Shown in pieces: positions 13,331 through 24,339 of a DNA stretch of 64,000 nt. Positions within the stretch are counted from its first letter, which is position 1. Every line of letters starts with the position of its first letter. The position numbers were made by a program, and so were the translations under genes. The stretch covers positions 1,284,287 through 1,348,286 of the forward strand of contig NW_002060955.1 in assembly GCF_000150275.1 (NCBI RefSeq), in the 5' to 3' direction. The stretch is from Trichoplax adhaerens (Eukaryota > Animalia > Placozoa). The notes below the pieces were generated by a model. That model worked only from the letters and a program-made list of their open reading frames with translations. It was not told the origin of the DNA and did not search any database.

Positions 13331-14841
13331 GATTTTGGGATAGAAAAAAACGTAGATAAGCTTACTTTAATTTATACATATAAATGCTGCGTGTCTATGT
13401 TTGGTGCATTCATCTCTATCAAAGTGGGGCTAGTTTTTATCGTTGTAATAAATTTATTCAATGTAACTTTTCAGCAAAAAAATAATTTATACATTCAGTC
13501 AATGATTAAGGAAATCGACTAATAGCAGATATCATGTAACCACAATAGAACCTTTTATCCAGAGATAGGCAAAGAATCAAATTGCGTACAATTTTTATTA
13601 TAGAAACAATAGCATTTTTTTTAATACTATTTAGGAGTAATGAAGAAATACTAGATTTATGGGCGGCAAGTATTAAGTGAAGAGACTAAAATTATTGAAT
13701 ACTGGCACGAATTCTCTGTGATAAGAGCTATAAGAATAGTAACATAATTGATTTTAGAGAATTGCTTAAGAAATGCATAATGGAACATTTCAAATTTTAT
13801 TTTCTAGGTACGATATAATTTATTCTGTGTGTGATATATCCTACTTTGGAAAAAGAAATTTGAAACACGAATAGATGAGTATATAAACTTTTTAAGATAC
13901 TAGTACGAATATTTCAATCCAAGATGAATTCTAAGACAGCCAAATGAAATACGAATAAACCATTTATTGAACATATCTGGAGTTTGGCGGTCTCGAATAA
14001 AAAATTTGATAACTATTGTAATTTTAACTGTATTTTAAGATAAAATTAAATCTTCATTTAGGATTAACAAAATTTTATCATTAACTTTTATTGAATACGA
14101 TTGAATTAAATTAAATCTCATTAATTAATAGATAGACTTCCTTCGATCTAAATTACGATTAAAGCCTAGGAGGTAAATTGAGAATGACGATATTGATTGA
14201 TTAGGATTGGTTACTTTCAAAATATAATAAGACGATTAATCTTAATGGAATTGATATTTTATCACTGAAGATTACGTTAAACGATTTATATTGTAGTTTA
14301 GAAGTGAAAGCAAAAAGCACTATTTACTTGTTCATGCAAGGTTAGCTTGATACCTATTGTTTGTGTTTTAGCCAGCAAACACATATAATGTCCAAAAAGT
14401 TCTACGTTAGAGCTTTAAATGATATGGGTGAATGTAGACGCAAAACACAATGGAAAATTTTATTTTAATGGAATAACTATAATTAAAGAAGCTCTTCTAA
14501 TTGCATTTTACATTTAATAGAGCGTCCAAAAATCAAGAAAAGCATCCAATTAAGTATGTCATAAATCGATCAATACGATACTAATGATTTGATGAGAAGT
14601 AGCATGATTATTACAAATTGGCCTTATATGGCACTCTTATATAAAATCCATGCATTAGAATTCGTTATTTACGCATGAAAAATATCATATGTTTCGATTA
14701 GGTAGGTATCCCAATTATACCCAGGAGGTTATAGCCGCGAAATCCTTTCATGTATGAAAAACAAAAGTTAACCTTTGCTGTCATTTTCTAGATTATATGG
14801 ACGACCATTGAAAATAAAGGAATGGAATCGAGTTGATATCT

Positions 14842-15858
14842 TTAGGAATATTCTGGGTAGATAGATCGAGAGCTCTTGTATGAATTTTGGCAAATTCTAC
14901 TAGTTAATTTTTTATAGATCTCTGACCGTAAAGTTGGGGTAAAATAAGCGTATAGTAGTGGACTGATTGCAGGATAAGCTAAACTCAAATAACGAAAAAT
15001 CTCCCCTAACTGGATATTTAATTTATCTAAACCTAAATGGACTGTAGGAAAGAGGACAGCATACTGAATTAAAGCGGGCAACCAAAATGCCATAAAAAAT
15101 CCAATTAAAATAGCTGTATAAGTAATGGCACGCAAATTACGTCTTATCACAGACGCGGGCATAAAATTAGACTGTGCTAAAATTTCATTACGACGTTGAG
15201 TATGGATATTAACAATCCATAATATCCTTGAATAAACGACGCATAACATAAATAATGGTAGGTAGAAGAGCATGATAAAAGCAACAAGAGTATAAATATG
15301 AAAAGAACGGGTATTAAGCTGATCGCTGCATTTGCCGATAACGGGAACCAAAAAGGTACAAAGTGGCATGAAAGCGATAATAAAGCTAATAACCCATGCA
15401 GCAAGTATTGAGGTTCGAACTATGATTGGCGCTTGAGGCATATTATAATGAAATGGGAAGATGACGCAGCAGTATCGATCTAAACTAACTAATACTAAAT
15501 GTAAGTTGAAATTAATAATTAAAGCAGAACCAACTAGGGGCAGAATTTGGCAAGCATAGCTATTAAATAACCGCCAAGGTACAAACATAACCCAACGCGG
15601 AAATAAATACACTAAAGCATAAACGATTCCAACGCAGAACATGCTAGCCAAGATCCAATTCGACATAGTATGCAATTTACGTTCAAAAATTATGAAGCAT
15701 AGCATGACAGTGTTAGTAAGAGTAGTTGTAGCAGTAATAGCACCGTAAACATAAATTGTACCGAAGTAAGCCTGTCGTATGGTACCATTTCCAGTTTGGT
15801 TTCCATCACTAGGTGGCAATGTTGTCACATTAATTGCAGTTGTTGTTAAAGCATCCAT
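14842..15858 (-). CDS. Intronless class A (rhodopsin-like) orphan GPCR, 338 aa
   Basis: Seven hydrophobic segments, N-terminal N-glycosylation sequons (NVT, NQT, NGT), SLDRY in TM3, FYLP in TM5, FWLP in TM6, SPLLY (NPxxY variant) in TM7. Confidence 0.93.
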   Translation of the reverse strand: MDALTTTAINVTTLPPSDGNQTGNGTIRQAYFGTIYVYGAITATTTLTNTVMLCFIIFERKLHTMSNWILASMFCVGIVYALVYLFPRWVMFVPWRLFNSYACQILPLVGSALIINFNLHLVLVSLDRYCCVIFPFHYNMPQAPIIVRTSILAAWVISFIIAFMPLCTFLVPVIGKCSDQLNTRSFHIYTLVAFIMLFYLPLFMLCVVYSRILWIVNIHTQRRNEILAQSNFMPASVIRRNLRAITYTAILIGFFMAFWLPALIQYAVLFPTVHLGLDKLNIQLGEIFRYLSLAYPAISPLLYAYFTPTLRSEIYKKLTSRICQNSYKSSRSIYPEYS

Positions 15859-18800
15859 TTTAAGGTTTGCAATTAGACTAAAACTTTCTCGAAAATATTT
15901 CTTTTTTCCTTATTTCTTACGTTTATGGTGACCGTTTGATTACGAAATCTCTTTGGGTAATCAGATCGCGGGAGTTCGGGAACTGAAACCAAATATCTGT
16001 ATGGGTAATTATAATATTGCTTCTTTTAGAGTATTGACGTATATGAAATAATTTTATTGGCTAATGTTAAGTAATTATTTATAACCAAATGTTGATAGTT
16101 AATTAGCAATAGTGTCAATACATCCTGAGATAGTTCATGATCATTAATATCATGAATTTTTAATTATAGTGAATACAAATTTGACCCAGCAAATCTAGTT
16201 TAATGATAAATAGGAAATTACTCTCTGTATTTTTTGGCTAAGATAGCGATTACGAATTGTAGGATAACTCATAGAAATAGCCTATTTACAAATATTCGCT
16301 TGTAAGTAATTCATAGATTCATGCTAACCACTAATATATTTGTAGAGGGAGTAAATAGATTCTACTGAAGTAAGTAAAAACGAACATTCTGACATTTTGC
16401 AGTATTAATATTTATCATAATGAGTAAAGATTCAATTTCATCAATAACAGAGAAAGCCGGTATCTAACATGTGTTCATTTAACCGATTTTCGGTAAGATC
16501 AAGGCTATCAGTTAACGCAATATATTCTTTAAAGCATTGAATTGAATGAAAAAGGAATTTTAATTATTTACGTAATTCATTACAATAATTCAAATTGCTA
16601 TGCTATCAATGTAGTTGCTGTGGATACCAATCATTCATATCCAAATTTCCACGTAACTGAGCGCAGAATATCATCATTGTACAAGTTTCCTACGCATCGG
16701 TGCATTCATTGTGAATTACTTAAAGATTAATAGTACTATAAATCGTTTGAATGGCCGTATTTGTGATGAGACCTGAAGTAAAGCTAAAAGCTGTAATGTA
16801 CAGGATGCACAGCTGTCTAGAATAAACTTAAAACACTAAATGTTATTAAAGTAGACGAAACAGTAAATATACATTTACTAGGTCATTTTTCATCTTACTT
16901 AGCCACGAATCAGGATAAAATGCTATAAGAAACGCTAATAGGCTTCTGATAATGGATTATAAATTGAATCTAGCCGATCGATATAATGACATTTACTATA
17001 ATAAACTACAGTATGTGAATTTGCATGAATCGCACTAGAAGTTGAAGAAATATTAAAAAGGCTGATCACGTAGACTATACGTATAAATGGAATGGCCGAT
17101 GTGATTAGGTTATGATTAATTATTGATTAAATCTATGAATTAGACATAGAACAATGCTAGCAGAAAAATGAGTAAATCGCTTACGACATGGCGAAAACTT
17201 CAGCTTACGTTCAAAAGTGAATACTACACTTTTATCCGGTATGATAGTCAACGACCCTTGGCTCAGTTTGATAATAATTAATTATTTTACGCGGTAAGAA
17301 TTTATAACATATGCCTTATAAACACGATCATTTTGTCAATATTTTTGCCTGATAGTAACAGGTAATTAGGATTTATTGAAATTGTTATCTAGAGTTGGGT
17401 TGAAAGAAAATTTTGTACCTAGAGCATTTTCGCGACATTATATTAAAGAAAATCTTAATCTAAAATTGAAATCTATATACATTGATTAAACTAGTTTAAA
17501 ATGAAATGTTCAATGTATATATCCATTTTAAAAATAATCCGTTTCTGAACATCACAACAGGTCAGAAAGGACATGCAACCAGCTAAAAAGCAGGAATATA
17601 CGGTAATTACAATGAGCATAAATTATAGATAGTGGTATGATTTATAATTGATATGAACCCTATTATTTTGTTTCTTCGGTCGTAATACCTATTAAAGCAA
17701 TATTAGGGAAGATTTCGGTTTACGCATTAACAGCAATAAATTTTTTATCATCATTTAATAATGGAACAAAATAGAGTAGTATCTTATTGTATACTACGGG
17801 TAATAGCTTTAAAAATTTTCTCATCATCAATTAATGATCTAATAGCATAAAATGTGAGATTGTAAATTAATCGGCAAATACAATATGTTAAAAGAAAATA
17901 GGAGGGAAATGATTTTAACCGTATTTATGAAATAAATATAATCGTATTTAAAATTGATTAAGTGGCTATAGATATGACGTAAATATATAATTATCATGAA
18001 ATGGCAATTATCTAGTTGAGGAAATGATTTTGTGACGATATCAATTAATAGAATTAACCATCAAATCGCTATAATATTGAATATTTACGAATATCGTTAA
18101 TCGTATTAATGAATGTCCACCTAGTGTAGCATTTTAAAGTCTAACCTACCAATTGTATTATTTGCCGTTAACGTTACGACCGTTATGAAACCATTTGAAC
18201 AGTATGATGCCACGAACTAAGTTAGACACCCTTCTAAACACCCAAAGCAATCTTATTTATCCGAATCTAGATATTACTTTTAAAAATCTAACCAATTCCT
18301 TACGTAAAATTGTTATAATTATTATATCCAGATGATCGTATTAAAGTAAAAGCGCTTTTCTAAATTACTCTCATGAAAATAAGATATATAAATTTATCTC
18401 TTACAGTTTCAAGTAATTGGACAATAAATTTACACAGTGCAAACAGTCTTTCAAATAGACATTACTAATGGCTTTACAGTTAAAAATAAAATGTTCAACC
18501 AGATTGAGGCATAGTCAATATCTAAGCAGTAATGCGATGAAGCATTATGGGATCTTTTGCATCTAGCATTTTAGTTCATGAAATCGTCTGTTATTAACAA
18601 GATTCGTCATCATTTTATATTATAAAATTGTAGATCCGTATACATATATATTGGTATAAAGTAGGAATAACATGCAAGCCATAACTTGAGGTAGTAGAAC
18701 ATTTTGCTCAAAACTTTCTTTTGATCATTTCATTTGTTTACAAGATTTATTCATACATGCTAACATTAACACCAGCTGTAGCGATTTGTATTTTTTTCCT

Positions 18801-21029
18801 TTCTCAAGAATCATATCTTAAATCAAATACCAATAGTAGGAGAACTATACGGATACAATATAAAAGTCTTCTGCTCTGATTGAATTCAACAATATTGAGT
18901 ATTAACTTACAGTTTTATTTCTTCCATAAACTATATTAAGATAATTATAATAATAAATGATCATAAATGCAATTGCTGACGCTTTTTCTTATTGTGATGA
19001 TTACAGTAAGACCAATTAATAAATCCATCAAACGGTTACAGTATGTTTATATAGTTCGTTATCTCGATTAAGTGTAAATTAAAAAGAAATGCGATTATGA
19101 GTATCGTAATGGAATAACTATATATTCGTGTCAACCCTGATTGCGGAGATTGGGCTTCGCTAACAGTTTCATCATAGTATGACTTCCAATTTAGTCTTAT
19201 TTATTAACTTATTATATTGGCTGCCATTTAACTTTGTCGTATCTTCTTCCGTGTTATTAAAGATAGTAAAGAATAGCAATATAGTTGTTGTAAGATTAAT
19301 AGTATGGTATGCAGACACTAACACAGCATGGTTCAACATTTGACCTTGTTGTTAAGGCGATTTAGATGCATCAAAATTTATCAGCTAAATTAAAATACTT
19401 TTGTATTTTTTCTCAATGCTTATGTCACACATTATGGCCGATACATTGCCCATTTTGCAAAGCATCAATTCTATTCCTGCAGTAATATTATGACATGATA
19501 ATTCTAAAATCGCTTTCCGTTATTGATATCTTTTACGTCTTGTCTTCTTTGTCAGGTTATCTACCAGTACATATAGAAATGTTCGCCTAGGTATGTATTC
19601 TTGCACTGGTTGGTGCACACTAATTATTGCAGATTTTCGTATTGAATATGAGCAATATTTTATTCATTAGCATTTGTAGCTGTTCATCCTAAACATAAAG
19701 TGTTGTGCAAACAAAGCATGAAGAACAAGTATAAATACTGCTACCCCTTAGCACAACTTCAAAAAGTAATTGAACATAAATAAAATCAATACAGCTGTCA
19801 GATTTAATTTAGGAGCAAATGATAAGACAAATTCCAACAACGTTGACCGTCAGTTCCGAGAAATAGGAATTATAAACTCACTATCACTATTACGAAGGAG
19901 ATCTACTATACAATCTTTATTCTACTACACAAGTAGATGAAGTATAGATTAATAATTGCTTGTTCAGCCCTCCCTTCGAGATATGCATTACAGCAGTTTA
20001 GAATCAATATTTCCCTTAGAAATTTCATCTATAACATTTTTTCTAGTGTTTTTAACGATTATTCTATAAATAGATACCCCCGCAAAAAAAGGTTAAAGGA
20101 AAATGGTATCTGTGTACAATAAGATATCGCCCATGTTGACTGACAGATATTGTTCGTTACAGCGAGTGCGGATATATGGCAAAGTGGATAAAGGTAGGAT
20201 ATAGGGTGCTTGAAATAAAAGTAATGTGGTGATTGTAAAAATCTTCTCGTAGATAAAAGATAAATTCAATCTTCCTGAAGAATTGGACTAAATTATTGCA
20301 TATGGAAGGTCAGTTATAGTACTCTCCTACATTCTTTCACATTGTAAAGTAAGTTACAATTTTAAAAAGTTTCATCCATTAATTGTGTCCCCATACTGTT
20401 GGGCTTGCGTTCAATCAGCCATATATTAAAGGAGAAACGTCTACAACCTTTCTTGATATTATAGATATACGGGCAATATGGGATACAATACAGTACAAGA
20501 TATGAATGAAACCATGATGGACTGGGAATGACACGTGCACTATTCGAATATACGAGAATAATGTCCAAAAGAATAGCTATCCAATCGCTGAAGTATCGTA
20601 TTGCAGGTTATTCTTAGATAGGATTATCATCACCTAATATATACTAGATTCCTATCTACTGCAATATTGAACTAATTGTAATAGAGGGCGAATATAGTCT
20701 TTCTAAAAGTCAGATTGCGTAAAATTGTACGGATATCGATGAATTCCGCGTGAGACTGTATAACGGGAAATATGACCCAGCTCACTGCGGTCATTGTACA
20801 GTACTAGTCTAGAAATAGTCGTTGATAGTGTTGAAACGAACCTTACTTAGATAACAAAGTGAAGATGACAAGAAACTGTAGCTGTTGTTTTATTTTTGAC
20901 AGCTACTTATCGCACCAAGTCAATAGGAAGTGCGATAATTTGAATGTCTTGGAACAGAAAGCAAAATGAATCCATAATTTGTTCCTTGCTCATCCTATTT
21001 TGCTGTTGCTGTCTATCAGATGGTCAACT

Positions 21030-21245
21030 ACTGTACCTAGTGTACTGTACAGTACTACAGTATAGCCATGTACGTACGGACAGCCTGACGCACAGTACTG
21101 TACTGTACTGTACAGTGTACAGTATGGCTGCAAATCCTTCACGTGAATCCTTTTACACTACACTACTGTACTGTACACTGTACAGTATGGTACGGTACAG
21201 TGTACAGTATATTAACTGTGTGTACTGTACACTGTACAGTAGCGA
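21030..21245. repeat. TACAGTA/TACTGTA array immediately upstream of the selenoprotein H start
   Basis: Dense tactgtac/tacagtac runs, the same repeat type as 1345-1670. Confidence 0.85.
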
Positions 21246-21335
21246 CGATATTGATGAATATCAGCAAAGCAAATGAGAGCACAAGAGCTGCTCGTTTGCA
21301 AACCTTTGCAAATTGGTTAGGGCTAGACTACCAAG

Positions 21336-22688
21336 ATGGCACCACGAGGGAAAAAAGGCAAAAATTCAGCCCTTCGCAAAGCAACTAATGGTGGTAGTAC
21401 TACCAAGAAACTTAAAGCCAAGAGAGCAAAAGCTCAAGCTGTGCGAAAATTTGTTATTGAAAGAAGGTACGTACGTAAAGGATGAGATCGCTGATGCGCT
21501 ATCTCTGCAATCTCGCTATGCTAGTCATGATTGAATGAAAGTCAACTGGCTGGAATATAGGCGAGTAATAGTAATGTTTATGTTAAATACCTCCAATAAC
21601 TAGCACGGCTAGATAGAAATGATAAGCAAAATTGAATTTTACACCAGTTGCAAGGAGCTAAAGCTCCGTCATTAAACTACAGTACGTACTGCACTAGCTG
21701 TGATAAATTTTAGTAAAAAGATTAGCCGACGCAATAATGAATCAGCTCACTAAATCGTAATTGTTAGTTGCCCAGGTCATTTTACTACAATGCGATAGGA
21801 TCCCAATTCTTGATCCAGGTACAATGGTTATACCTGCAACGCAGATATGCTTTTTCTCAGACTATGGTATTAGATCATACATCGGCTGCACAATGTACGT
21901 ACTGTATGATCGTATATACTAGATTTATTGACAGCTTACCATGAACTGGATTTCGTGCATGTATTTCATTGACTGTGCTGATACGAGTATTCTTATTAAC
22001 TCTAAAATTCAATTTCTACTATGAATGGACTTTGTAAGTGTTGTATCTATACTAACGTCGCCAATCTACTATCACAATAATTGAAATAGACCACTATCGC
22101 TAGCAATGAAGGCAGGCCAAATGCATATTTTGCTATCAATCTCAGCGAAATCGAGCCTGTTGATACTATACGAGTATATATGTATATGTTATATACATGT
22201 GGGTAGCAAGAGATTTTAGTACTCTTTGCTATGGCCAAAGCTTACAGCTGCTCTATCGATTTCCATTAGTATGACTTGACGTATATATAGGCGTAAAGCT
22301 GAAGAACTTACGCAAGCGTTGCAAGAAACATTTCCCAACGTAGAAGTAAGTATTAACCCTGAGAAAGCTCGGCCTGCAAGTTTCGAATGTCAAATGGTGA
22401 CTGAGGAAGGCAACGGTATGTAGAGCTGAAGTTCTTGATGTTTCGACTACAACGATTAGTTGATTTGCAGATTCTTTACTACCCAAATTAAGATCTTGTA
22501 TCAGCTATATTATGACCCTTTGTATCGAACATCGTACATCTTGTTCCTTTTACTTTTTAATTGACAAATCTAATTTTATGCTCGTGCGTATATTAGAGAT
22601 TCTGTTATGGACTGGCATTAAACGATTAAAGAAAGTCAAGTTTCCTGAACCCAAAGAAGTAATTGATGCTGCCAAAACGGCTTTGTAA
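21336..22688 (+). CDS. SELENOH: Selenoprotein H (Rdx/thioredoxin-like family), 122 aa, Sec encoded by TGA at 22277-22279
   Basis: Exons 21336-21466, 22270-22415 and 22597-22688 (GT-AG, phases 2 and 1) give MAPRGKKGKNSALRK...KFVIER-S-M-T-U-RIYRRKAEELTQALQETFPNVEVSINPEKARPASFECQMVTEEGNEILLWTGIKRLKKVKFPEPKEVIDAAKTAL. This matches SelH hallmarks: MAPRG basic N-terminus, VIExCxxU position, NPxKxR, SFE, LWTGIK, KFPEP. A SECIS lies downstream. Confidence 0.93.
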
Positions 22689-22877
22689 TCTAAGCATTGC
22701 CAATTAGTTTATTCTCAATTTTTCGAGTAAACAATAGTAATGTTAACTTTATCCGCTAGTAATTGTTATTTAAGATCTGTAATTATGATGTGTAGCCAAA
22801 CTCGATTATCAATAACTTGCCCAATTTACTGTTTTTGCATAAGCTCAAATGGCTATTCTATCGTACGGCGCGTCCAT

Positions 22878-22961
22878 TCAGCGAGTGTAGTTCCATGACA
22901 ATGATTGGTGAAACGGATTTTAGTCTGTCCATGATTTTGATACATAAACTGTGTTCACTGA
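22878..22961 (+). promoter_or_regulatory. Eukaryotic SECIS element (type II) in the SELENOH 3'UTR
   Basis: Helix I: tcag/gagtgtagtt pairs with aactgtgttc/ctga. Core ATGAC (22895) opposite TGAT (22938). AAA at 22911, 11 nt after the core. Apical mini-stem cggatt/agtctg. Confidence 0.85.
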
Positions 22962-22963
22962 GT

Positions 22964-22969
22964 AATAAA
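22964..22969 (+). terminator. Polyadenylation signal AATAAA of SELENOH
   Basis: AATAAA immediately 3' of the SECIS. Confidence 0.6.
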
Positions 22970-24339
22970 AAGTGCCATGTATACATCTATTATATCCTTA
23001 TATTAGCCGAACGTGTACCCTACTGTATGTACTTACAAACTCATTTCTAACATATACGTACTTATGCAGATATGTTAAAACGTGATAAATTTGATGGTAA
23101 TCACGAATATATTACTATAGGTATATTACAGTAAGACAAAACCGTGCATTAATAGAATCCATTACAAAAGGAGATTGGATCGTCGGCAATAGCAAATCTA
23201 GAAATTTAATATTGGCATCATAACACGATAAAATCAAGTTGGTTGCCATTACGGTACAAAAGTAAGATAGGTTTGAGTAAAAGTATAGGAATAGCTGAAA
23301 TAGCACAGGAATGCATGATGTAGTGAAATTTTCGCTGCAAATTTATGATTGTATTGTATAACATGCATAACTGAAATATTGTACTCTTGGTAACATCTAC
23401 AACTGATTCAATTACTTTACACGATACTAATGACAAAAACGATTCTAATTACTTACTTATTCATAGTTGATACAGCTTAAAACAGAAGTTTATTAGTGTA
23501 TGAGTGTAGTTTTGTATTTATTATTGTTTCTTACTAATCTACTAGTAATATTTTTTTATGACACTAGCACGATTGTAATTTAAAAAACTCTTCCAAGTTA
23601 AAAATTTGTCATAAATCGTTTCTAGACCCTAACTTGTAAAAATAATCTCTTTGCTACCCTTTAATACACTGAGGGCATGCATGGGCCAGCAAGTAGCGAA
23701 ATCTGAAAATCTAACTATGGTACTGCTAATTACTGAAGGTACTCCGACTAAAGCACTATGGTACACTTACGATTCGATTTCTTCACTTAGTTGCAGTAAT
23801 CAACTGCTATAGAATATCAATTATAATTACAGCGAGTATCATCTTACACGTATGCTATTTCTGCTACTTGGTTCTCTCAAACTTACTAAAGCTACACTGA
23901 GGCTAACAACTACAATTTCGGTGATATGCTAACTAAGCAGCTTCAGTATAACAAATATAAAATCATAACACTCTTGATTTCGTTTTTATAATCAGCTGTA
24001 TAAATTCATTTGTAACCATCTTCTTGACGTACTCGCTAGAAGAAAACTTTCCTACAATAGTATATCATAACTCGAGAATTCTCTAATATTTATTGCATTC
24101 GGCTTTGATCATAGTTTCGTTTACATTTATTTAACAGAACTCTACATGCAGTTTAAAAATTGCTTTCTTAAGATTCATTAAAAGAATTAAATTGAAAAAG
24201 TTTAAAATTTAGAACGATCGCCGCACTACAAATAAACGTTGCGATAACTAGCAATGAATTATTCTTGTACTAGTGCAATAATATCCTCATAGTTGACACC
24301 TATTCAATAATCACTTGGAGGTGTAATGTTGTTATTGCT

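Noticed and set aside
21313-21534. ORF-track ORFs 21313-21534 (+) and 22253-22486 (-)
   Set aside because: Wrong-frame or antisense shadows of SELENOH exons.
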